A DNA stretch of 42,132 nucleotides from a virus (IMGVR_UViG_3300022936_000015:1-42132), one strand, 5' to 3'. Positions 28,016 to 36,837 are shown, numbered from the stretch's first letter. The notes: generated from the sequence alone by a model not told the origin. Translations and numbers: made by a program.

Positions 28016-28789
28016 TTAATGGTTAAAAGAGTTAGTTCCTATTGGAACAGATATTCCATTGATTGTCATTCCAGATGATGGCTGTTTCTTTAGCCAATTT
28101 ACAAAATGAAGTTTTGCGTCCTTTTCATTTTTCCAAAAAGTAGTGCCCATGCCTTTTTGATATTCAATAAACTTTGATTTGTAAAGTATCACGTCTTCTA
28201 TACTTTTTTTAGAATCTCTGCACGCAATCTGCATGAACGTTCCGTTTTCTAAATCAAAATCTTCAAAGTCCTGTAAAGTAAAAAATGTTGCTGGCTTAAC
28301 AACATCTACTTTCTTTTTATCTTCTATACTATAGTCTACTATACTTTGTGGTTTTACGTAGCCTTTAGTTGTATCTAAACTTAGTTTACGTACCCCTAAA
28401 CTATTTAAAAGTATAAGTAAACCCTCAAAAGTTATACATTCATTATTTCTCTTTTTATAAGCATCTTGAATGCTATCTATAAAATCCTGGCACCAAATTA
28501 TTTTGTTTTCAATCCAAAGTGACTTGTTAAACTTACCTAGCTCAACTAAATCAGTAATGATACTATTAAGTGTTTCCCTACTAACTTTACATTTTGCACT
28601 CAAAAACATCTGAGTTGTAGGCTTTGATAAGTCTAAATAATGATAATCGGTTTTAGCTAAAAATGTAAGTATTTTTATGAATGTTGAGAAGCCATCATTT
28701 CCGTATGTTTCCTCTATATAAAACATTTTTTCGCCTTCATCTACTATATAAGGAAAATAGTCAACAGTATTCCTTTCTGGTCTTGCCAT
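28016..28789 (-). CDS. Replication initiator (Lin1244/DUF4373-like N-terminus)
   Basis: 'MARP...VDYFP...IEETYGNDG'; upstream of helicase. Confidence 0.75.
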   Translation of the reverse strand: MARPERNTVDYFPYIVDEGEKMFYIEETYGNDGFSTFIKILTFLAKTDYHYLDLSKPTTQMFLSAKCKVSRETLNSIITDLVELGKFNKSLWIENKIIWCQDFIDSIQDAYKKRNNECITFEGLLILLNSLGVRKLSLDTTKGYVKPQSIVDYSIEDKKKVDVVKPATFFTLQDFEDFDLENGTFMQIACRDSKKSIEDVILYKSKFIEYQKGMGTTFWKNEKDAKLHFVNWLKKQPSSGMTINGISVPIGTNSFNH

Positions 28790-28791
28790 AT

Positions 28792-29205
28792 CTATAAAGT
28801 ATTTATCATTAATATTAGAAATTCTTCAGAAAAAGATATATCCTCCATGGTAAATACTCCAGAGTTATTATGGATTAAACAAACGTGCTGTATGTCACTT
28901 ATTAAATAACTCAATATATAAACATGAATACCAGCTGAGGAAATTTTTTTATTAACGTTAATATATTTTACTTCATTTTTCTTACACACTTCCGCCACCT
29001 CATGACATCTAAAACAAAGAGTTTGCAGATGCTCTAAACCGACCTCCCATGGGTTTTTACAATACTTTTCGTGGTGAACGTGTAAGGTTTCTTCATCGGA
29101 ACCACACATCAAACAAGTGAAGTTATCTCTATTGAAAACCTCAAGGCGTTTCCTTTGCCAACGCGGGTCTTTTAAAAGTTCTGAATATGTTTTCTTGATA
29201 GCCAT
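28792..29205 (-). CDS. HNH-domain protein
   Basis: 'YSELLKDPRWQRKRLEV..RD.FTC..CG...LHVHH...LC..CH'. Confidence 0.88.
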   Translation of the reverse strand: MAIKKTYSELLKDPRWQRKRLEVFNRDNFTCLMCGSDEETLHVHHEKYCKNPWEVGLEHLQTLCFRCHEVAEVCKKNEVKYINVNKKISSAGIHVYILSYLISDIQHVCLIHNNSGVFTMEDISFSEEFLILMINTL

Positions 29206-29241
29206 TGTTAATTTTTGTTAAAAAGTTTTGAGCCTAAAAAA

Positions 29242-29421
29242 TTATTGTATTCCTAAAAATCTACATAAAGCAGAATGTTCATCTGGAGTAATTTTCCTAA
29301 CACCAGATAGCGTTTGAGAAAAACGAACCTTATCTAAGCCTATTTGCTTAGCTACATATTCCTTTTTAAATCCCATTGATGATATTCTTTTCTCTACAAT
29401 ATCCCGTAGCTTTTGTTCCAT
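29242..29421 (-). CDS. Cro/XRE-like HTH protein
   Basis: 'KKEYVAKQIGLDKVRFSQTLSGVR'; start moved to ATG 29421, 3 nt after TATATTTG. Confidence 0.8.
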   Translation of the reverse strand: MEQKLRDIVEKRISSMGFKKEYVAKQIGLDKVRFSQTLSGVRKITPDEHSALCRFLGIQ

Positions 29422-29634
29422 ATTCAAATATAGCAAATTAATTTTAATTAATGATTTTTATTTTAAGAAACTTGCTATTAAGTCACAAGCATTTCATAAC
29501 TCCAAACTTAACTGCCCTGTTTTATAATTAATTAATTTCCATCTTGCTTTCAAAGCTTCTGGCGATAATATTCGGCTTACGTAATACTCTCTCTGATGTA
29601 TTTGAGGCCTTGCGCCATTTTTAAAGTTTTCCAT

Positions 29635-29967
29635 TTACCTTATATTATTTAATACTGATTCTAAATATTTAACTCTGTCTTTTGCTCCATTGATAAAAGA
29701 TGGATAGTTTGTTGCGAATTTCTGTATAGCCTCTAATTCTTTTGCTATTTGAAATCTGTTTCGCTTATCTCTGATTATTTTAATGTGCCTGCCAGTCTGC
29801 TTAACTATTCCGAGTATTTGTCTTCTGTAATAATTAACAACACCAACAGAAATGCCTAAATCAGCAGCTATTCGATTATCTGATATACCAACAGCTAAGT
29901 TTTTGATAAACTCCTTTTGCTCGTCGGTCATTGAAATATTTTCGCCTCTTTTGTTTGGATATCTCAT
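29635..29967 (-). CDS. HTH DNA-binding protein
   Basis: 'SDNRIAADLGISVGVVNYYRR'. Confidence 0.7.
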   Translation of the reverse strand: MRYPNKRGENISMTDEQKEFIKNLAVGISDNRIAADLGISVGVVNYYRRQILGIVKQTGRHIKIIRDKRNRFQIAKELEAIQKFATNYPSFINGAKDRVKYLESVLNNIR

Positions 29968-30143
29968 TACTTAGTCCTCCTTACGGTTAATATGCGTTCG
30001 CCTTTAAATCCACCCATACAAGTCTGCCATTCGCCTTTACCATTGCGTTTAAGCGTGTTTGCTGTTGTTCTTAGTGAATTGTACTTGTCGTAAGGAAATT
30101 CTTTAACCTCACGTACTTTCATTTTTAATAGTTCTTCTGTCAT
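29967..30143 (-). CDS. Small basic 58-aa protein
   Basis: MTEELLKMKVREVKEFPYDKYNSLRTTA...LTVRRTK; TAATG-coupled. Confidence 0.65.
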   Translation of the reverse strand: MTEELLKMKVREVKEFPYDKYNSLRTTANTLKRNGKGEWQTCMGGFKGERILTVRRTK

Positions 30144-30145
30144 AA

Positions 30146-30370
30146 CTAAGTAAGTATTATTTTAATTTTAGTGCCTTGAAAATTATGCTCAGATTCAAAC
30201 CAATTATTTTCTGAAAGTTTTTTAGGTGTTTTGAATAGTTGATTAACTTCCTTAAGGGATTCTCTACCTCCCTGTAAGGTAATTTCATCACTCCAAAATC
30301 TAATTACATAAAATAAATTTAAATCTATCATTTCAGATAGCTTACTTAAAATTTCTACTTGATTTTTCAT
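30146..30370 (-). CDS. Hypothetical protein
   Basis: First ORF after promoter 30388-30395. Confidence 0.7.
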   Translation of the reverse strand: MKNQVEILSKLSEMIDLNLFYVIRFWSDEITLQGGRESLKEVNQLFKTPKKLSENNWFESEHNFQGTKIKIILT

Positions 30371-30417
30371 TTTCTTTTTTGTTTACCCAAAAGTAAATAT
30401 AATTTACCGATAAGTAA

Positions 30418-30435
30418 AGTAAAATATCCGTTACA
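30418..30435. promoter_or_regulatory. Operator AGTAAA-N6-GTTACA
   Basis: 22 bp upstream of minus-strand TACTTTTG (30388-30395). Confidence 0.65.
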
Positions 30436-30461
30436 AAACAAAAACGCCTCATAAAGAGGCG
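30435..30461 (-). terminator. Intrinsic terminator
   Basis: CGCCTC-N5-GAGGCG plus T tract. Confidence 0.75.
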
Positions 30462-30516
30462 AGATTGTAGAGTACATATTTAAACCGATAACATCAAGCA
30501 GTATCGGATCTGCTTT

Positions 30517-31260
30517 TTAATTATAACCGTTCTTTAAAAGAAGTTGCTCAATAAATAAACGGCATTCCAAAACTCGACTTTTTATTTTTTCGACATATTC
30601 ATCGTCACGCTCGAATTTAAAATGCTTAATTCTTTTTTCATCTGGAATTTCAACAAATGTATTTAATTCGGAATCTTGAAAATAAAGCGTTTTAAGGCGT
30701 TCAAAACTTTCTAAGGTATAAACTAACCTATTTGCAATTTCATATCGTTTATCATGATCAATTTCCCATTTAATCATATCATAAACAGAGTTATCATCTA
30801 GATCATTTAGCGTATAGCAAAGATTAAGATTTTTAACATCCCAAAGGCACCCATAAATTTGAAGCTGAACCCAGTATTTTTTATCAATTTCAGTTTCAAA
30901 CATTGGAAATGTATCCAAACTCCAGCTCGCTTTATTGTCGAAAACATTATCTTTCAAATTCAAATCACATTCGCCTGTCATCCAATCATTTTCTTTTCGC
31001 TCTGTATTTTTGTAAACCATGCCTAGTTTTAATTCGGTAGCCATTAGGGTAAATCCATCTTCTTCTGTTGAGTTGCCTTTGTTTACGTACTTATTTTTTA
31101 ATTCTTCTCTGCGATTAAATAAATGTTCTTTAAGCCATTTTTTACAGTATGTTTGCGCCCCTACCGATAAATTGCCTTTCACTTTTGCGTCTGCCATAAT
31201 ATCTAACCCAGCTGAAGCACGAATTTTAAATTTACTGGCTATTTCTTTAGCTGTTCCCAT
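30517..31260 (-). CDS. Lambda-exonuclease/YqaJ-like nuclease
   Basis: 'KGNSTEE', 'TGECD', 'DNKASW', 'YWVQLQIY'. Confidence 0.85.
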   Translation of the reverse strand: MGTAKEIASKFKIRASAGLDIMADAKVKGNLSVGAQTYCKKWLKEHLFNRREELKNKYVNKGNSTEEDGFTLMATELKLGMVYKNTERKENDWMTGECDLNLKDNVFDNKASWSLDTFPMFETEIDKKYWVQLQIYGCLWDVKNLNLCYTLNDLDDNSVYDMIKWEIDHDKRYEIANRLVYTLESFERLKTLYFQDSELNTFVEIPDEKRIKHFKFERDDEYVEKIKSRVLECRLFIEQLLLKNGYN

Positions 31261-31901
31261 TTTTCATCGTATTTAGTTTGTGTATTCTCATTTACGTGTT
31301 TTGAAATTTCATCCATTTCTTGGATAGTTGTAGCTTTTTCTATAAGCTTTAAAACTCTTTTTTCTTCAACCGATAAAGCTAGTTTATCATCGCCTGAGAA
31401 AGGCAAATAATCCTTTCTGTTTAAGTTCGCCCCAAATATGGCCCCGAAATGATCGCAAGCGTCCTTTATGGCTAAAGTTTTTGCGATTGGATAAGCCATA
31501 GATATTGCTCCATTGTTTACATTTACCAAATCAGCTGGCGAAGTTCCTTTTTTTGTCTGGAGTTGAATTGCGCCAATTCCATCGTGGAAATCCATTTCGC
31601 TTGTAAGTATGTCCTGATACCAAACACGAACAACAACGAAGACGCCATTAAAAGAAATTCCCTCCCTTAATATTTCTATTCGTGTTTTTTTGAATAGTTT
31701 TTTAAGCATAAACTCTACCTTATCAATAGGCAGATAAAAGTGGCCCGAAACGTATGGATGTTCTTTAATCCATTTTAAAGGCGGAGGCTGGTTAAGAATA
31801 ACGTTTATTTGATCTTGCTGTAATGCAAGTTCTTGATTTTCGTAAAGCTCCTGTATGATAGGAGTTTTGTTTTCTGAAATTGTTATTGACGTATTGCTCA
31901 T
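31239..31901 (-). CDS. Single-strand annealing protein (Rad52/Sak-like)
   Basis: 'YLPIDKVE', 'AKTLAIKDAC...FG..FG.NLNRKD'; paired with exonuclease. Confidence 0.7.
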   Translation of the reverse strand: MSNTSITISENKTPIIQELYENQELALQQDQINVILNQPPPLKWIKEHPYVSGHFYLPIDKVEFMLKKLFKKTRIEILREGISFNGVFVVVRVWYQDILTSEMDFHDGIGAIQLQTKKGTSPADLVNVNNGAISMAYPIAKTLAIKDACDHFGAIFGANLNRKDYLPFSGDDKLALSVEEKRVLKLIEKATTIQEMDEISKHVNENTQTKYDEKWEQLKK

Positions 31902-32113
31902 AGTTGTATTGTTAATTGTATTTTACGATATTCATTTTTAGCATCCATAAGCTCACATTTAGCAAAGTTAACTTTAGTGGCTAATTCCCAATCGCTATTT
32001 GCTAGAGCTTCAATCTCTATATCTTCCAGCGCTTTAATTCGGTTTGTTAGGTATTCTTCCATTTTTTTTAAACAATAAATCCCGAAACTTTGGCCGTTGC
32101 GGTGGCTACTCAT
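31898..32113 (-). CDS. Hypothetical protein
   Basis: Coupled ORF. Confidence 0.6.
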   Translation of the reverse strand: MSSHRNGQSFGIYCLKKMEEYLTNRIKALEDIEIEALANSDWELATKVNFAKCELMDAKNEYRKIQLTIQL

Positions 32114-32200
32114 TCCAGGATTAGATAATTTCTTAAGGCCGCAACTCCTTTTTGTATGATGTAAAAGTACCGTTAAAGATTTGTAGGTTAAAGGTTTTAA

Positions 32201-32218
32201 TGTAAAACGGTTGTTACT
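32201..32218. promoter_or_regulatory. Operator TGTAAA-N6-GTTACT
   Basis: 31 bp upstream of minus-strand TACTTTTA (32162-32169). Confidence 0.62.
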
Positions 32219-33113
32219 TTGAGCAGAATATTCCGCATTCGAAATTTAAGTTTTTCATTGATCGTCCTTTTGCATTTGGGTCTAAATCATCTAAATGCAA
32301 TCTTTTCCCTTTTACTCTAACAAGCTTTATTGTTTTTCCGTCAGCGCCTATCTCTCTACTTTGTTTTGCTCTTGCTTCAAATACTTCTGGATGCATTTTT
32401 CTAACATGATTCCAATATGTCGGGCTATTCGCCTTTACGCACCCTATACAATTAGCATTAGGATATCCCATTCTATAAATCAAAGGCAACTCAATACCGG
32501 CATCCATTATTATTTGAAAACATTCCGCTTTAGTCGTATTTTCTAAAATCCAAACAGATGCTGGTCTTTCATCTTTTTGGAACTTATCGAACCTCCCTTT
32601 TTCTTCTTTAGTAAAGCCTAGAATAGTCCAATCTGGCCTGTTTTTAATTTCCCATTCGTAACGAGCTTTTTTCTTTAGTTCTAAAGTACATGGTGCACCA
32701 CCTATTCCCGACATATACTGACGATCATCCCAAACCTCGACAGCAGAGCAATTTTTATACTTTGAATTTATAGCGGTATGAATTGGGTAATTTAACCACA
32801 AAGCAACATCGCGCAAAAACCTTTGGTTATCAGCATCTTCTTCGGCTACTGGATTGTTAACTATTAATATTTCGTTTGTTTTTCCGTATTCATCAATTGT
32901 TCTTTTAGCAGCTACAGCTGAAGCTGCCCCACAAGAAAACCAAACAACGATAGTTTGCCCTGGCTTTGGATATGAATTAGGAAACATCATTTTTTTATCA
33001 ATATTCCAAGAGCCAGTAAGTTCTGGATGAAATTCCCACATCATTCCTGATTTTAAAAGCAAATCGTATTCTACCTTTGTTTTTAATTTTTTGTATTTTT
33101 CCATCTTACCCAA
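32214..33113 (-). CDS. PAPS-reductase-like (PP-loop) Cys-rich protein
   Basis: 'VVWFSCGAASAVA', 'APCT', 'NANCIGCVK', 'ECGIFC'; likely start ATG 33104. Confidence 0.8.
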   Translation of the reverse strand: MGKMEKYKKLKTKVEYDLLLKSGMMWEFHPELTGSWNIDKKMMFPNSYPKPGQTIVVWFSCGAASAVAAKRTIDEYGKTNEILIVNNPVAEEDADNQRFLRDVALWLNYPIHTAINSKYKNCSAVEVWDDRQYMSGIGGAPCTLELKKKARYEWEIKNRPDWTILGFTKEEKGRFDKFQKDERPASVWILENTTKAECFQIIMDAGIELPLIYRMGYPNANCIGCVKANSPTYWNHVRKMHPEVFEARAKQSREIGADGKTIKLVRVKGKRLHLDDLDPNAKGRSMKNLNFECGIFCSK

Positions 33114-33325
33114 ATTTTAAAATTAAAGCTATTGTTAAAATTAACAAAGCCATGTAAACTATCTTATCTACTTTTGTGTTTGGCTCCCAGAAAGACTTAG
33201 GACTTTGCCTGTCTGTTTTGTGTTCGTATTGAGGTTTCATAATGTTTTAATTTTTTCGATTTGCGAAATGAACAGTCCGACAAGCAAGGATATTGCAAGG
33301 AGTTTTAGGAGGATGATTTTCATTT

Positions 33326-33646
33326 TTATATCCCCCGATTTTGTTGTGGTTTGGTATTTGCAATATGTTCCGTTTGGTTCATTGCGTTGTAGAAATCCTG
33401 AGTTACTTTAAGCCAGTTTTCATCTATATAGGCTTCAGTTCCCATATCCATTTCCTTTTCGATGATATTGGGGTCAATTCCTATTTTGCCGTTAGCTGAT
33501 ACAGAATAAATGCTTAATGCGTTTTTCTCAACATATTTATCTAATTCAGAAATATGATAAGTTTTAACTACTTCGCCTTTATCGTTAAAGTATTCGATAA
33601 GGTCTTTTGAATTTTGAGCGGTTGCTGTAAAGTCGATTGTTGCCAT
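33326..33646 (-). CDS. Hypothetical early protein
   Basis: First ORF left of the divergent promoter region. Confidence 0.7.
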   Translation of the reverse strand: MATIDFTATAQNSKDLIEYFNDKGEVVKTYHISELDKYVEKNALSIYSVSANGKIGIDPNIIEKEMDMGTEAYIDENWLKVTQDFYNAMNQTEHIANTKPQQNRGI

Positions 33647-33758
33647 TTTTGTTTGTTTTAATGTGATGTAAAGATACAGGTTGTTTTCGTAATTGCAAAT
33701 TAAAAATTAATTATTTTTTATTATTTGGTTATTTGATAATTATTATTACCTTTGATTT
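33647..33758. promoter_or_regulatory. Divergent promoter region
   Basis: Plus strand: TTTG (33724)-N19-TACCTTTG (33747). Minus strand: TATCTTTA (33669-33676). Confidence 0.75.
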
Positions 33759-33956
33759 ATGATTGCAACCGAAACTAAGCATAGCAAGAAAGTCAAGGAC
33801 AGAAACGCTAAAATAATTACAATGTGGAACGGCTATTATATTGCTGGAGAAACACAAATAACTCCGCTAGCTGAAAGCATAGCAAAAACATTAAAAGTCT
33901 CTATAAGTACAGTAAAAAGAATTGTAAAAGGCGCTAAAAATGAAACCAACAATTAA
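33759..33956 (+). CDS. Small HTH regulator
   Basis: 'RNAKII...AESIAKTLKVSISTVKRIVK'. Confidence 0.75.
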   Translation: MIATETKHSKKVKDRNAKIITMWNGYYIAGETQITPLAESIAKTLKVSISTVKRIVKGAKNETNN

Positions 33957-34371
33957 CCAGCGCCAAAACATCCTTAATGGCGAACGAAAAGTTAAGGAGC
34001 AAGCTAATTACGCATATCATGAATTGCTTTACTCATGCAGCGAGATAGGCTCGTATTTTAGCAAAAGAGGAACAAGATGTAACCGAGGTAAACAAATTAA
34101 TTAAATTATGAAAACATTTGAAATAGATTTTGGCGGAAATGTGCTTGCTAAAATTGTAATTGAAGATAACGAGCCTAAAGTGGTTGCGTGTATTAATGGA
34201 TGGGGTCATTCTGTAGATGTTGAAAATATTGTAGTTAAACAGATAGGTAATGACTAAAGTACACGCCACGCACCGCCTCGAACAAGTAAGACTTATTTTA
34301 GGGCGAAAAATGCCAACTAAACGATTTAACAGGTTTAGCATATTATTCACTTATTATAGAAATTTTGGAAG

Positions 34372-34629
34372 ATGAGCGAAAATATTAAAGATTTAATTCT
34401 TGCCGAATACGCTAAGGGTAACATAGTTATAGCTAACTATGAAGGGCTACAGATTCAAAATTTAAAGGAATTTGTAAAGCAACCAGTAAGCGGCATTCTT
34501 TATGATTTAAACAGAAGCGAAGCGGTTGTTTTAACTTTTATAGACGATCCAAAATGGGTTAATGATTATGCTTGCTGTAAAGTTATTTCCGAATTAAAAA
34601 ATCAAATTGATAATCACGAAACAAAATGA
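34372..34629 (+). CDS. Hypothetical protein
   Basis: ORF in a coupled plus-strand chain (smaller ORFs at 33940, 34108, 34250, 34626). Confidence 0.7.
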   Translation: MSENIKDLILAEYAKGNIVIANYEGLQIQNLKEFVKQPVSGILYDLNRSEAVVLTFIDDPKWVNDYACCKVISELKNQIDNHETK

Positions 34630-34730
34630 ACAACTTAATTTTATTCATCATCGATCTATTTTACAAGCCTAATTACAGGCATTACGGTAAATGGATTTTT
34701 CCAGTTAAAAACGATAAGCTTAAATAAACT

Positions 34731-34943
34731 ATGAGAATTACTATAGAAGATTTAAATAAAGACATTGAAAGCCTAAAAAGGATGTGCGACGATGACGAAG
34801 CTGCACATGGATTTGAAGATGCAATAAGGGGCCGAATATTAGAATCGTTTTCAAAGTACGACTACACTCCGCAGGAAATAAAAGATATTTCAAACTTAGC
34901 ACTATCTACAAGTGATTTAGATTTCGCTAGATGGTGCGCATAA
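34731..34943 (+). CDS. Hypothetical protein
   Basis: 'DDEAAHGFED...FARWCA', a small phage protein pattern. Confidence 0.75.
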   Translation: MRITIEDLNKDIESLKRMCDDDEAAHGFEDAIRGRILESFSKYDYTPQEIKDISNLALSTSDLDFARWCA

Positions 34944-34963
34944 CAATTTAAACTATAAACAAA

Positions 34964-35182
34964 ATGGCAAAAGACAAATTAACAATTAGCCAAAAGGAGG
35001 TTCCTTACTGGGCTGACAAATTAAACTGTAAACCAGATGCGAGAAGAATTGCAAAGGCTATTGTAGGCAACAAAACAGCCGATGTAAAGGCTTTTATCGA
35101 ATCGCATCGAGGTAAGGATGTAACGATTAATTCTGTGGTGTTGTGGAATGGAAAGGGGGTTGAGAGTGAAAATAGAATTTAG
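34964..35182 (+). CDS. DUF3606-like protein
   Basis: 'EVPYWADKLNC....AKAIVGN..ADV'. Confidence 0.55.
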   Translation: MAKDKLTISQKEVPYWADKLNCKPDARRIAKAIVGNKTADVKAFIESHRGKDVTINSVVLWNGKGVESENRI

Positions 35183-35699
35183 GCAAAAGAAAATAGGCTG
35201 GTGCTGCCCATTAACATTAGCAAACGTGTTTAGAAATGAATCATTTTTGGAATATCTTAAAGAGGAAAAATATAAAGGTTGCTCGGATGATGATGTTAAG
35301 TTTATGATTCAAAACACAATCCATGAAAGTCATTCGGTAAAAAATATAGCCGAGGTTAATACCGACTACGGATTCTTGCCTATCGATACTGTTTGGAAAA
35401 TATTAAACAAAAAGGAAGACCTATCAGAGTTTTCCGACAGACTTCCTTTAGTGCCTTATTTCATGTCTGTAAAACTTTCTGAATATTGGCACTTTGTTGC
35501 TGTACTTAGTTTTAATGGCAAGCTATATTACGTCGATCCATACAAGGAAAACGTCGTTCTTTTAGAGAGCAAGGACCAATTACAGTCATATTTTAAATAT
35601 GTTAATCTAATACAAAGATTAACTATTATAAAAGATGGAGTCGAATGTTGGGGAGTTATGTTCGGAGACCACTATAATTACACCGAATTAAAAGATTAA
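35148..35699 (+). CDS. Papain-like (C39-like) cysteine peptidase domain protein
   Basis: Q-x5-C ('RQKKIGWCCPLTLANV'), 'HFVAV', 'YYVDP'; possible GTG start at 35166. Confidence 0.65.
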   Translation: MERGLRVKIEFRQKKIGWCCPLTLANVFRNESFLEYLKEEKYKGCSDDDVKFMIQNTIHESHSVKNIAEVNTDYGFLPIDTVWKILNKKEDLSEFSDRLPLVPYFMSVKLSEYWHFVAVLSFNGKLYYVDPYKENVVLLESKDQLQSYFKYVNLIQRLTIIKDGVECWGVMFGDHYNYTELKD

Positions 35700-35700
35700 C

Positions 35701-35732
35701 AAAAAAAACGCCAGGCAATCGCTTGGCGTTTT
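35701..35732. terminator. Bidirectional terminator between convergent units
   Basis: A8-CGCCAGGC...GCTTGGCG-TTTT. Confidence 0.85.
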
Positions 35733-35768
35733 AAATACAAAAATGTGGTGGCAAAACCTTATATATTT

Positions 35769-35966
35769 TTAAACAAATAACATTTCTTCTTCCTCTGCTA
35801 CGGTTTCTGGATCATCTGGAATCCATTTTTCAAATAGCTGTTTAGCTAAATCCTTTGCAAACTTGCTGATAGCTTTTGCAAGTATTCCTGCAAAAAATCC
35901 ACCTAAGTATTTTTTTAGTAACTGCGTAATTGCAATTTCTAAAATGTCAATACGTCTACGTCTCAT
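35769..35966 (-). CDS. 65-aa amphipathic-helix protein in the lysis cassette
   Basis: MRRRRIDIL...GGFFAGILAKAISKFAKDLAKQLFEKW; start moved to ATG 35966. Confidence 0.65.
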   Translation of the reverse strand: MRRRRIDILEIAITQLLKKYLGGFFAGILAKAISKFAKDLAKQLFEKWIPDDPETVAEEEEMLFV

Positions 35967-36055
35967 ATAAACCAATTTATAATTAATGCTATTGCAAAGG
36001 CTAAGGTTATTCCAACAACCCATTTAATAACGCCTTTTCCTGTTTCTTCACTCAT
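35963..36055 (-). CDS. 30-aa single-TM peptide in the lysis cassette
   Basis: MSEETGKGVIKWVVGITLAFAIALIINWFI; ATGA overlaps at both ends. Confidence 0.65.
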   Translation of the reverse strand: MSEETGKGVIKWVVGITLAFAIALIINWFI

Positions 36056-36339
36056 TTTGTAGGCTCAATTGTTTTAGCAACTTTTTCAACCTTGCTATTT
36101 GTATCGTAATAAGTCGTTACAGAGGGGCTTCCGATTAAGTTAAGGTTCTTTAGCATATAAGAAACGAAAGCGATTATAGCAACGTTTAAAATGCTTTTCC
36201 AGTTAACAGTTAATTCCTCAGCCTGCAAAGATTGAAGTATGATTGTAAATGCCGGAGATATCGCAGCTAACACACCGCCTTTTAATAAGTCTTGCCAATT
36301 CCATGAAAGATTTTTATTTACTACTATTTTATTTGCCAT
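36052..36339 (-). CDS. Holin (2 TM)
   Basis: Two TM segments; directly after the endolysin. Confidence 0.7.
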   Translation of the reverse strand: MANKIVVNKNLSWNWQDLLKGGVLAAISPAFTIILQSLQAEELTVNWKSILNVAIIAFVSYMLKNLNLIGSPSVTTYYDTNSKVEKVAKTIEPTK

Positions 36340-36341
36340 GA

Positions 36342-36758
36342 TTATTTTAATTCAAAGTGTGGTCTGTCTAAAATTGATTTAAAATTTCCACCCCAGGTAA
36401 TACTAATATTTAATTTTTTTGCTGTACTTAATATTTGATCGGCAATAATTGAAAGTCTATTTTCTTTATCATTAAAATCGATTGCTCCATTTACGTATGG
36501 ATATAAGTCAACCGCATGCCCAAATCCATCACTTTTAACTTGGTGGTTTGATTTATTTTTAACTCCGTCAGCATTCGTAACGATACCACCTTTAGTCGTC
36601 CTGCCTTTGGCATATAAAGCCTTTTGCATTTCAGTTGTACGAACTCCATCAGTAATGGTAAAGTCGATAGGACTGTTTTTAATTGCCTCAGTCATAACCT
36701 TAACTAAATTAGGGTGTATGCCTTTTAAACTATTTAAGCTTTGTTTTCCGAATTGCAT
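36342..36758 (-). CDS. Endolysin, peptidase M15 (L-Ala-D-Glu peptidase-like)
   Basis: 'GVRT..MQ..LYAKGRT', 'SNH', 'AVD', 'WGG', 'DRPHFEL'. Confidence 0.93.
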   Translation of the reverse strand: MQFGKQSLNSLKGIHPNLVKVMTEAIKNSPIDFTITDGVRTTEMQKALYAKGRTTKGGIVTNADGVKNKSNHQVKSDGFGHAVDLYPYVNGAIDFNDKENRLSIIADQILSTAKKLNISITWGGNFKSILDRPHFELK

Positions 36759-36786
36759 AATTTAAAGTTAGTAAATTTTATCCAAC

Positions 36787-36815
36787 AAAAAAAAGGCCTT
36801 CATTTCTGAAAGCCT
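36787..36815 (-). terminator. Intrinsic terminator upstream of the lysis cassette
   Basis: AGGC-TTCAG...TGAA-GCCT hairpin with long T tract. Confidence 0.65.
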
Positions 36816-36837
36816 CCAAACTAAGAATAGCATAAAC

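Noticed and set aside
25286-29205. Three HNH genes as introns or mobile homing elements
   Set aside because: They are free-standing, do not interrupt genes, and are common in phage replication regions.
32160-32177. Eleventh operator-like match TGTAAA-N6-GTTAAA
   Set aside because: Largely explained by the overlapping TACTTTTA promoter element, so not counted, though it could be a weak secondary site.
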